A stretch of DNA of 63,952 nucleotides, counting the filler, from Candidatus Eiseniibacteriota bacterium (GTDB taxonomy: Bacteria > Orphanbacterota > Orphanbacteria > Orphanbacterales > Orphanbacteraceae): the NCBI GenBank assembly GCA_043809585.1. It is 4 parts of 4 records of this genome, joined end to end, with 100 filler letters (N's around TTAATTAATTAA, not from the genome) between each part and the next. Parts side by side here need not be neighbours in the genome. Positions count along the whole stretch, not along the records: positions 1 to 29,451 come from JBDROZ010000033.1; positions 29,552 to 45,967 come from JBDROZ010000034.1; 2 more parts are not named here. The stretch is one strand, 5' to 3'. The notes beneath the pieces were generated by a model. That model was not told the DNA's origin and searched no databases. It worked only from the letters and a program-made list of their open reading frames with translations. Positions within the stretch are counted from its first letter, which is position 1. Every line of letters begins with the position of its first letter. Shown here one piece after another: positions 25,201 to 32,994 of this stretch. Position numbers and translations under genes: made by a program.

Positions 25201-28200
25201 CGTCACCCGCGCCTTGAGCGGCGTGGGATCGGGGTTGTTGTCGGCGTCCCGGGCCACGAACCAGAGGTCCACGTCCCGGGTCTCGCCCTCGTTCGCGAAG
25301 AGATCGGCGTTCCATACGATCGAGAAGTAGCCGTCCGCGTCGAAGACATCGTACGTCGTGACATCCACGAGCACGGCGGTCCCTCCGACCGGCTGCACCC
25401 AGAACTCGATGATGCTGATCGCTTCGGGCCTGTTGGGGATCACCTTGCCGGTGATCGTCACGTTGTCGCCGCTCACCGCGAGGTGCGGATCCGCGACGGA
25501 GACGTCTTCGAAGCAATCCGACGAGAAGACGAGCACGCAGGCGCTCGGCCCGGTGGTGTCGTTCACCGCCGCCACGATCGGGCCTTCCGCGTCGGACTCG
25601 TTGCACGCCGAGTCGACCGCGGACGCCCAGAACTGGATGTACTGGTCCTCTTCGAGGGAGAGCCAGTTCGTGGCGAACTTGATGCAGACTTCGTTCTCAC
25701 CGTCCGCCGGGACGTAAGGATCGTCCGAGTCGTCGAGCGGCGTCGGATCGATGATCTTCAGCTGCCCCGCGGAGTCGGAGAAGAAGAACTTGTAGTAGCT
25801 CAGACCGACGGCGTCCTCGCTAGTGGCCGGCATCGCGCAGACGGTGATCGTGTCACCCCACGCGACGACCGTGCCCTGGTCGGGGGCCGTCAGAAGGATG
25901 GCCGGCGGGCTCCGGTCGATGCGGATCGTGCCGCCCTCGCGGATGGTCACGTTCCACGTATCGTCCCGGGCGACCACGCGGAGGAAGAAGGTGTAGTCCT
26001 CTTCGTCCGACTCGTCGGTCTCGCCGTCGTTGTCGTTGTCGATGTTGTCGTCATCCGGGTAGTAGCCCGACAGCCACGGGCCCTGGTAGATGTACCCGTT
26101 CTCGGCGTCGAAGCTCGTCGCCGATCCGAGGGACACCCACCGGGTCTTGCTGTCGTCCGTGGCGAACTGGAAGTCGATCAGGTCCAGCTCGAGGATGTCC
26201 TCGATGCCGTCGCCGTCGTCCTCCATCACGGCGACCAGGTACGCCGAGTCGCAGTCGCCGGTACCGATGATCGGCGTCAGGACGTACAGGTCGGTGATGC
26301 CCGGATCCGCACAGTCGATGATGAAATAGTTCCAACCCTGCTGGCTCGACGCGTTGGTGCCCACCTGGTCGTTGCCCCACGCGTAGGCGAGGGCGGTGTG
26401 GGCGCCGTCCGGGAAGAGCGAGGCCGAGAGGTTGGTGTGCCAGAAGTCGGGCGGGATCACGACCTTCGACGTGTCGCTCGAGGCGCTCGCGTCGTTCCGC
26501 GGATCCCAGGCGACGATGTGCTCGTCGCCCGACATGTCGATGTCGAACATATAGTAGAGATGCTGGGTCGACGAGGTCACCGGGATCATGACCGTCACAC
26601 CCCACCAGCCGTCGTTCGCCGCGCCGTCGTTGTGCGCGCCGTCGTCGTACATGGTGTAGTAGGTGTCGCTGCCTTCCAGCCAGAGAAGCTGCACGTTCTC
26701 GATGGAGTCCCCGTAGATCGCATACGGATCACTGAAGAGGAAGTCCTCCTCGTTCATCGTGATCGTCAGCGCCAGCGTGTCTCCCTCGACGTAGTGCGTC
26801 AGGTCGTAGAAGGTCCCGCTCTCGTCGAGCTCGAACTTCACCGAGTCGGCCGTCACCGAGTCCACGAGGACCATGACGTCGTACTCGATGCCGCAGAGCT
26901 TGCTCTTCCGGTGCTGGTCATTGCTCCGGGTGAGCGGGTTGCCCACGTAGTTGTACTGGGTCTGGGCGTCGCAGCACTCCCAGAAGAAGCCGTGGAGGGT
27001 GACCTCCGGGCCCTCGGTTCGACGCAACAGCACGATCTTGTGCTCCGACTTCTGGCTCTCCGCCAGATCCGGGCAACTGCCGCCGACGTCGTAGGTCACG
27101 ACCGCGATCAGATCGAAGGCGTCCGTGAGATCGGTGTCCGGGTTCGGCACCGGATTCTGCGGATCCCACGCCGTGGTGAAGTAGCCGTTCTCGTCGACGT
27201 CATTGTCGGTGTCGGCGATCGACCCCCACGAGGTGTAGTTGTAACTGATGTACGCGGAGTCGGTCGACGCGAGCTGGGCGCCGAACTTAACGATCGTCCC
27301 ATTGATGGTGTAGTCGTACTTCGTCGGCGAAGCCAGGGCGTCGAACTCCGAGTTCGTGTGGTAGGTGCAGATCACGTCGGCCGAGCCGGTGTCGATCACC
27401 ACCTCCACGCTGGACTCGATGTCCCCGTTGATACTGCCGGCCGCAACCGCGTCCGAGATGTACGGAGGGAAGTTCCGCACCGTCAGGAGCTCGGAGAGCA
27501 CCCGGTCGGCGTAGTAGAACGTCACGCTCGCGTACACCGGATCCATCGCGTTCGGCGAACCGGTCAGCTCGGCGCGGATCCAGAGCTCGGCGTCCCGGGT
27601 CACCTCGTCGAGGACCGTGTCCGTGTAATGGTCGTCCCCGGCCGCCTTGGCGAGCGGACGGGCCGCCGTATCGATCACGGCCTCCGTCGTCAGCCGGCCG
27701 AACTGGTACGGGTGCTCGTACGGAGGAGTCTCGTTCAGCTCCTCGTCCTTACCCGCGAGCCAGAACTCGTAGAAGCCGTCCATGAAGGCGCTGATGTCCC
27801 AGTCGAAGTTGTACGGATAGACCGGGTCCGCCGGAACGTCGGCGCGCATCCACGGATTCGTGAAGATGCTCGAGTTCGGGTAGCAGTTGTGCATCCGGTA
27901 GTAGAGGTACACCGAGTCGATCGTCGTGGTGTCCTCGGCCGTCACGAACAGCTCGAAGAGCGTGTCCGCGGCGGTGAGCTGCGCGATCGAGCCGCCGCCC
28001 ACGTCCGGAAGCACGTCGATCGTGTCGCCGTTCGAGATGGCGTAGATCACGTCCGTCTCGGGCGGCACGTTCTCCTGGATGTAGATGTCGACGAAGTTCG
28101 GAGCCGGATCGGTGTTCCCGGTCTCGTCGGTCGCCGTCGCCCGGAGAAGGACGTGCGTGTCCGTGTGGAAGAGACCCATCGCCGTCAGGGCGTCGATGTC

Positions 28201-29451
28201 GAGGTAGACGCAGAAGGGCGACAGGTCGTCGTCGGCGTCCATCGGGTCCTCATCCACCTGGCCGTCGCCCTCGTCGTCTCCGGCGCCGACCGTGTCCTCG
28301 CCGATCAGCGGGTACATCCGCATCCCGAGCATGGCGCTCTGGCTCGGGGCGACCCCGAGGGCCAGGGCGATGTCCGTGCCGGTGACCGTGAAGGTCGTGT
28401 CGTCGTCGTAGACGTCGACCAAAATCGCGTCACCGGTCGTGAACCCGATGTTCCCGTCGATGTCGACGAAGAAGTCGTTGTCGTCGTTCACGTCGATCGC
28501 GACCCAGGTCGAGCCGCCGGTGACCGAGTACTCGAACATGATCTTGTCGAGGTCCGCGGCCGCGCTCTCGCCCCAGATCTTGATGAACGCGTTGTCGCCG
28601 GCGACGATCAGGCCTTCCACGGCCGAGCCGGTGACTTTCGCGCCGCCGTTCCCGAGGGCGATGGCGGAAATGTTCGCCACCGGGGCCTCGGTGTCGAGCG
28701 CGAGAACCTCGTACGGGATCTCGACGGCCGCGCTGCTCGTATCGGTGTTGCCGAGCTCGTCCGTCGCCACCGCCCGGACCAGGTACTGGCTTCCGAGGCC
28801 GGCCACGTTCCACATCGCCATCCAGAGCTGGAGGCTGTCGGTCGGGCCGTCCATGAGGAAGCCGCCCATGTTCTGGCGGAAGAACCAGTCGTCGGCCGTG
28901 AGGGTCCCCGAGCTGTCGACGTCGGCGTAGAACTCGATCGCGTCGAAGGCCGTGATCGGGTCGCCGACGGTCGCTTCGCCGATGACCAGGGTGTCGCCGG
29001 CGCCGAACACACCGTTCAGGTCGCCCTTGATGACCGGGTCGCGCGGCGAGTAGCCGTCGCCGTCGTAGTCGACGAAACCCGAACCGGTGGGGAAGTCGCG
29101 GTACAGGTTGCCCCACGCGCCGTTCAGGCTGTCGAGCAGCCGGAGCGTGCCATCGCCTTCCCGGAGGATGATGTCACCGCCCGGATCGGCGCTGGTCGTG
29201 TCGTCGTTGTCGTCGATCGAGATCGACCACCACGCTTCGCCGACATCGTCCGGCATGCCGTTGGCGTCCACGTCGTAGAAGTACTGGAAGTCGACGTGGT
29301 CCACCTCGATGTCGTGGATCCAGACCTTCGCGTACAGGGCGTAGGTCGAGTCGTCGATCCGCGTCGGCGGGTCGATGTAGGCCCGGAGCGGAGTCTCGAT
29401 GACCGTCGCCGTGAAGATGAAGGTCGTCTTCTTGTTGTTGTTGCCTTCCAC
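19276..29451 (-). CDS. Giant (>3390 aa, 5'-truncated at contig edge) acidic secreted protein with tandem Ig-like modules, Ca-binding Asp motifs, a choice-of-anchor-X-like motif and FlgD-Ig/T9SS-type CTD
   Basis: Uninterrupted ORF with strong GC3 codon bias; recurring A-x-D-x-x-x-N ... D-x-x-x-P module ends; DxDGDG motifs; MYDDGAHNDGAANDGWWG near 26600-26652; CTD YVFPNPVDP...VKVFDFAGDLV...W...VANGGY...KIAVRKN. Confidence 0.88.
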   Translation of the reverse strand: MEGNNNKKTTFIFTATVIETPLRAYIDPPTRIDDSTYALYAKVWIHDIEVDHVDFQYFYDVDANGMPDDVGEAWWSISIDDNDDTTSADPGGDIILREGDGTLRLLDSLNGAWGNLYRDFPTGSGFVDYDGDGYSPRDPVIKGDLNGVFGAGDTLVIGEATVGDPITAFDAIEFYADVDSSGTLTADDWFFRQNMGGFLMDGPTDSLQLWMAMWNVAGLGSQYLVRAVATDELGNTDTSSAAVEIPYEVLALDTEAPVANISAIALGNGGAKVTGSAVEGLIVAGDNAFIKIWGESAAADLDKIMFEYSVTGGSTWVAIDVNDDNDFFVDIDGNIGFTTGDAILVDVYDDDTTFTVTGTDIALALGVAPSQSAMLGMRMYPLIGEDTVGAGDDEGDGQVDEDPMDADDDLSPFCVYLDIDALTAMGLFHTDTHVLLRATATDETGNTDPAPNFVDIYIQENVPPETDVIYAISNGDTIDVLPDVGGGSIAQLTAADTLFELFVTAEDTTTIDSVYLYYRMHNCYPNSSIFTNPWMRADVPADPVYPYNFDWDISAFMDGFYEFWLAGKDEELNETPPYEHPYQFGRLTTEAVIDTAARPLAKAAGDDHYTDTVLDEVTRDAELWIRAELTGSPNAMDPVYASVTFYYADRVLSELLTVRNFPPYISDAVAAGSINGDIESSVEVVIDTGSADVICTYHTNSEFDALASPTKYDYTINGTIVKFGAQLASTDSAYISYNYTSWGSIADTDNDVDENGYFTTAWDPQNPVPNPDTDLTDAFDLIAVVTYDVGGSCPDLAESQKSEHKIVLLRRTEGPEVTLHGFFWECCDAQTQYNYVGNPLTRSNDQHRKSKLCGIEYDVMVLVDSVTADSVKFELDESGTFYDLTHYVEGDTLALTITMNEEDFLFSDPYAIYGDSIENVQLLWLEGSDTYYTMYDDGAHNDGAANDGWWGVTVMIPVTSSTQHLYYMFDIDMSGDEHIVAWDPRNDASASSDTSKVVIPPDFWHTNLSASLFPDGAHTALAYAWGNDQVGTNASSQQGWNYFIIDCADPGITDLYVLTPIIGTGDCDSAYLVAVMEDDGDGIEDILELDLIDFQFATDDSKTRWVSLGSATSFDAENGYIYQGPWLSGYYPDDDNIDNDNDGETDESDEEDYTFFLRVVARDDTWNVTIREGGTIRIDRSPPAILLTAPDQGTVVAWGDTITVCAMPATSEDAVGLSYYKFFFSDSAGQLKIIDPTPLDDSDDPYVPADGENEVCIKFATNWLSLEEDQYIQFWASAVDSACNESDAEGPIVAAVNDTTGPSACVLVFSSDCFEDVSVADPHLAVSGDNVTITGKVIPNRPEAISIIEFWVQPVGGTAVLVDVTTYDVFDADGYFSIVWNADLFANEGETRDVDLWFVARDADNNPDPTPLKARVTVDRRNPAVTYSLVDLMDSELYWDDDDDPSGAPDNTPVIVTDPVTGDLTIQVYTSHSDVASMVLQNRRARDNWNDLGDWDNFEFYDDDAEIWLDYEPQHTMVQGGTTYYYWWYNIDADDVEDFSDALSDTIYEWRVLATDYACNDNALDPEIFVAAWDDTDPTCLFFGNDAIADGEIGQVTAGDDVTLNWLGTDNLTDVTHLVFWYVAPWSGDTIVIGSVNAVADSIDCPCNKWSAEIVWTTPEECCLDTDVNVYAWVYDTPGNRGVCSQTIRLEDKLPPQNTRLVDVSENDCTFPREVTETVLNNQTVYFAGGIVLHAVTAGCDSGVATVYFATVAGGDTVMIGAVDIDDGIVKTAFGEYSDGEYQIGWNTLSLDNYGQLLWPDGAYTVIVWAVDLENNVEIPTNSYSFVVDNLAPTVTVTSPGAAGTTVQVERGSEVRLTAVTPTTTEDVVVYWYIRNHGDADCFDGCLDCWTFMDSTNGYYGVDDTDENPDDNRPYSWEWASWMNDTPLEVGNKYDIIAIGEDLVCNGTDPCTEWLAGRGVTIEIFDNTAPCATITHLTRNVCQTGDDIEQPENERIRGFASLSAMIPNGDTDVEGARFEYSTDMENWIAADQDLVEYGDFWWYLNDWDSDQIAEGPVYWRVVAWDDVGNICPDPAVVTLIIDRTAPVVELVAPSSQTCPFVYDESGVHQVMPLIVMALNGVYDDIFRGTDQSGVVFEYKLTVEDTTAWRADSISNWLYDRGTGYYTATWNITDAGESSGKYDFRVTVSDSACNSATYNLATEIVVDIDAPDVNMTRVEVVRWNQDNEETTVVYPINNGVIVDVTQGEPITLFATVFDDEQNIPGSLETGIDSVFFEVAADSTGTVYHIDLGEPDEGDGIYSAQWNTTSLAAGDYFVRARAIDECKNVGVSPWTRIHVIDDAAPRAAVICWKPYVLNDINVTTNVTVYATKWCTQDVDEVMFQYRLHGSDIGDGGGDGFAGKVEADGWITFGMQRSSVYDDSLWYATMEIGPETYFQIGDTLDLRAVAITLKPSSGDNRDVLYFDQNPPIVTATIVANRFGRDLATVHPDGTPWLAFNLAELIPDFESNFQIEVKVSDQISEDWFSIAKPWVLVNAVRARDGWGFEEIVEMDPMNNGSDLDPYLWGGSTVNGLLDSIGCGGMVYINAAVVEDSGTVNDEDGYIQTDVIRKTIAVWEVTNGRGTNGWVSIPGYEYPTVQIRAGNGVNGGLLMTTTHTPVSSSWDDQRFFIRPIGQAYQLHLINCAGESCSSFNDGYPAKITFGYSDEDLTVTDWIGREVVVDELTGLLPAWWDGSHWVNYYTNDVVVDTAANTVTFYAEDLCGNYTWSLVGITGGSQMNIYPWCDGYTSESPTFVGTITDFMAEATIDFPDIEIWIDNQLVASADDDVEDRSDLDDHYDDPDLPDIYGFAVGNGFFRLEVVEDEEYSVTFRYHHSTLTADRLSGGKHEIVVIYRNEDEDYYFNLRREFMVDVVPVQVAWSGGFLNGPCVGGVDCYVGGDKHALTVQLTDLEAGVLTEESRIEAVLNLIYGTLPEFIGGSAWGWIDTTGTQGLGGLGITFGADTFIPLQDMGLKMDVWLVDNEDDQTDIDEYAERMLIQAGTPAMLTFTPPMCPYSDASRCDDETYYDPSDNLMVTLPLTADLAKYNGREIEVVLYSSKLEHIGFDSNIGQLVGLGGGGGGEDDDEEFTKYVFGPFDCVGNVGSQFVARRFIIDASAPRIVFLSPVMRSVVAPNSEIPVVAVVVDSSGASSAGSGIDYEALMVSLNGPDGQVFSFYPATFDPADTASTDDATAEAAQNVVDHVKDWNIEGDKITMTLMGLGKAGTYNLVMEGSDVIGNEFVASHTFTAGSSVLQITDAYVFPNPVDPQENRANIRFNLGGTRDARVTVKVFDFAGDLVYAMPTTTEKPGLVELEWSGSTNGGTMVANGGYLAHISVDDGAGVKTASVKIAVRKN

Positions 29452-29551
29452 NNNNNNNNNNNNNNNNNNNNNNNNNNNNNNNNNNNNNNNNNNNNTTAAT
29501 TAATTAANNNNNNNNNNNNNNNNNNNNNNNNNNNNNNNNNNNNNNNNNNNN
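29452..29551. other. Artificial contig linker
   Basis: 100 nt of N with central TTAATTAATTAA (stops in six frames). Confidence 0.99.
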
Positions 29552-30020
29552 CACGCCATCTGCGACAGTGCTCGCATTCACCAATGCTCACATATCGTTG
29601 GATATGCTCTGCTTGGTGAATGCTGCGCGCTGCCGCATCTGACGCACTCTCACGCGTTTGCTCTCGAGATTTTATGAAAGATCAAGGCTAAGTCACGGTT
29701 GTGGCTCCCCGGATGAACCGTCGGTTCCACGTCCTGCGCCTCAGGGCCGTCCTCCGCTTCAGCCTGCTCCGGCGGTCGAGGGATGTGCCCGGCTCCGCCG
29801 CCACTCCGGGACCGGCAGCGCCGTCCGCTCGTTCGTATCCCGCTCCCGAGGCAGGATCTGGTTCCCGACACGCCTCGGACAGCTCGGCCGGCCCCGTTGA
29901 TGACAAAAGCCGTGGTCCTTCGCCGGGTTATATGCTATGATGTCAACATTTCCTGCATTCCGGGTTACTCGGGCTCCGGCAACACCACAATGGATCACGA
30001 AGACATACGGAGATCTCACT

Positions 30021-31490
30021 ATGAACATCGTCTCGATTGCGTCTGTCGTACTGACCATGGCTCTCGCAACCACAAACGCTGCGGCCCGGACCTGGTACAT
30101 CGTGCCGGATGGCTCCGGCGACGCGCCGACCATTCAGGCGGGGCTGGATTCGGCCGCTTCGGGGGACACGGTTCTTGTGGCCTGCGGAACCTACTACGAG
30201 AATGACATCACCATGAAAGCGGGGGTCGTTCTCCGGAGCGTGACGGGCATGCCGGAATGCGTGACCATCGACGCCGAGGAGCTGGGCCGCGTCATCTACT
30301 GCCCCGAAGGCGACGCGAACACCCGCCTGGAAGGTCTTACGCTCACCCGGGGATACGCCCAGGAAGGAGCTTACCTCCAAAACCTCGGCGGTGGGCTGTT
30401 CTTGTACGGGTCGCTCGTCGGCCCGATCGTCAAGAACTGCGTCTTTCTCGACAACCGGGCGGACGGGCACGGGGGAGGAGTCCACGGGGGTTACTCGGGG
30501 ACGCCGTCCTTCATCGGGTGCTTCTTCCAGGGCAACTCGGCCGGCACCGACGGATCGGGCGGAGGCTTCGTGTCCGGATACGGAGCATCGGAATTCTGCT
30601 CCCCCACCTTCGAGAACTGCACGTTCCTCGGCAACTCGGCGGGCGTGTTCGGAGGGGCCGTATCGGTCACGGGCAACGATCTCGCAACCTCGTCATTCCA
30701 CGACTGCCTCTTCGCGAACAACTCGGCGGCCGCGGGTGGCGCCGTCTCATTCTCAAACATCGCCGCAACAAGCATCGCGGGATGCACCTTCTCCGGAGAC
30801 TCGGCCAGCGGTTCCAACGGGGTGGTCCGAAGCCACTCCTCGGACGTGGAGATTTACAACACGATCATCGCTTTCGGCACGGGCGGAGGAGCGGTCCATT
30901 GCGTGGGCGGAGGGACCGCCACGCTCCACTGCTGCGATGTCTTCGGAAACGCGGGCGGAGACTGGACCGCGTGCATCGCCGGCCAGGACGGCGCGGACGG
31001 CGACTTTTCCGCCGATCCCCTCTTCTGCGACGCGGCGAACGGCGACTACCATCTCGACGTCTCCTCTCCCTGCCTGGGAAGAAACCATCCGAGTGGTGAT
31101 CCCTGCGGGCGTATCGGCAGCATGAAGGCGCGCTGCATGGGCCATCTGGCGTTCGGACCGGCAACGCTCAAGAGAGAGGGAAACGAGCCGACCGAGGAGA
31201 CCGGTGCGAACCCGGTCACTTCCGGGGCCCTTCGATTCGGTGTCTCGCCGAACCCGGCGCGCGACGCGGCGACCATTCGCTTTTCCGGAGTCACGAACAG
31301 CGCGGCCTTCCTTCGTCTCTTCGACATTCAGGGACGACTCGTCCGATCGTGGCAGGCCACATCACCCGAGGGCGCGATCGAGCTGAAAGCCGCCGGACAC
31401 GCAGGCGCCTCGATCGCCCCGGGCGTCTACTTCCTTCGGCTCAGCGACGGGGAACAATCGGTGACGAAGAGGCTGACGCTGATTCGTTAA
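30021..31490 (+). CDS. Secreted right-handed beta-helix repeat protein with T9SS-type CTD
   Basis: Signal peptide; RTWYIVPDGSGDAPTIQAGLDSAASGDTVLV; repeated CxFxxNxA..GG(A/G); ADPLFCD...SPC; CTD SPNP...LFDIQGRLVR...PGVYFLRL...KRLTLIR. Confidence 0.85.
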   Translation: MNIVSIASVVLTMALATTNAAARTWYIVPDGSGDAPTIQAGLDSAASGDTVLVACGTYYENDITMKAGVVLRSVTGMPECVTIDAEELGRVIYCPEGDANTRLEGLTLTRGYAQEGAYLQNLGGGLFLYGSLVGPIVKNCVFLDNRADGHGGGVHGGYSGTPSFIGCFFQGNSAGTDGSGGGFVSGYGASEFCSPTFENCTFLGNSAGVFGGAVSVTGNDLATSSFHDCLFANNSAAAGGAVSFSNIAATSIAGCTFSGDSASGSNGVVRSHSSDVEIYNTIIAFGTGGGAVHCVGGGTATLHCCDVFGNAGGDWTACIAGQDGADGDFSADPLFCDAANGDYHLDVSSPCLGRNHPSGDPCGRIGSMKARCMGHLAFGPATLKREGNEPTEETGANPVTSGALRFGVSPNPARDAATIRFSGVTNSAAFLRLFDIQGRLVRSWQATSPEGAIELKAAGHAGASIAPGVYFLRLSDGEQSVTKRLTLIR

Positions 31491-31799
31491 GAGACCGGGA
31501 CGGCGCGTGATCTTCCCGCCGCCGTTCTCCCGCATCGCCCTGAATACTCGTGGTCGATTCAGCAGCACGGCGGCCATCTGATCAACGTGGAGGAGCTTTG
31601 AGGGTGCACACCACGTCGCGCCGCGGGCGGGCCTGGCGGCCGATCGGAGCAGAACGAAGGTCATGAAGCCGGGGCGAATTCCGGGGACATCATCCTTGTT
31701 TCTGATTCCCTATCCCCGCTATACGTGAAGTCCCAAGAAGTCCTATCCCATCCCTCTTCGTGATCTGTTGCTGTGCGAAGACAATGCCCAAATCGGCAG

Positions 31800-32130
<331 letters not shown>

Positions 32131-32138
32131 CCATTGCG

Positions 32139-32427
32139 TTGCCCTTTTGCGGTTTTCGTCTCAGAGCCCCGAAACCCCTTGATCTCGCATATCCTAGAGA
32201 ACTCAGGATCTTAGGGGACCATCTCCGGAAGACGGAGACTGGACCTCGGGCTGCTCCAGAGGGAGGCGGCGACTAGGATCGGGGTCGCCTTGGACACCTA
32301 TCGGTTCTGGGAGTGCAACAGAGCCCGTCCGTTGCCCCGGCAGTGGGAAGGGATCATCCGGTTTCTCGGATACGAGCCGCCCCTCATCGACGACTTCGGC
32401 CGAGCGGGTCCATCCCTCAGGGAATGA
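32139..32427 (+). pseudogene. XRE-family HTH regulator, frameshifted copy
   Basis: [31 protein letters not shown](+1 fs)RRLDLGLLQREAATRIGVALDTYRFWECNRARPLPRQWEGIIRFLGY; paralog of 45432-45752. Confidence 0.8.
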
Positions 32428-32519
32428 CGACGGATCCTGGGGATCCGTGGATCGGCTGGCGGGGCCGGGAGCGTTCTGGCGCGTTCTATGCACCGCGCCC
32501 TCCAGGGAGAGATCGGTCA

Positions 32520-32730
32520 TGGCCGCTTTGGCGACACGGCGACGTCTCTTTCGGCGTCTCCTGCTCCGGCGCCTCCACAAGGCCGAGCGGCTCTCGGAGT
32601 TTCTGCTGTCGTTGCTCTCCTGGCGAAGGTCGGGTTTCTCGGTGCATGCCGGCGAGCCCCTCAGGCCCGAGGAACCCTGCATGGGGCGGCTCGCCCGCTA
32701 CCTCGCCCGCCCCCCGCTCCGAGTCCTTCT
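32520..32730 (+). mobile_element. IS91-family (Y2) transposase remnant
   Basis: LFRRLLLRRLHKAERLSEFLLSLLSWRRSGFSVH...RLARYLARPP resembles the IS801/IS1294-type catalytic region. Confidence 0.65.
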
Positions 32731-32994
32731 CGAGCTCCCGCCGACCGAACGTCCTCAATACCGGCCGCGACCTCCCCACCGACACATCCCCCCACACACC
32801 TCGGGCCCCGACCGAGCCCGATCGGCACGTTCGTCCCTGACGGGCCCCTGACGGGCTGAAGAACGCGGAGATGCAATCCCCAATGGATCTTTTTGCCGCC
32901 CGGGTAGTAGACTGAAAGCCGGATCCACGGGAGGCTGACCTGTGATCAAACCGCCTCCTGGCATCCTGCGGCACCATCAGTCGGAGGATTCGCG

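Noticed and set aside
19132-29499. Plus-strand ORFs of 1308 and 2123 aa
   Set aside because: Codon-aligned antisense shadows of the giant gene; the V/R/G/D-rich composition mirrors its codons.
29452-29551. TTAATTAATTAA motif repeated three times in the window
   Set aside because: Synthetic scaffold linker inside N runs, not biological; neighbourhoods across linkers were not treated as linkage.
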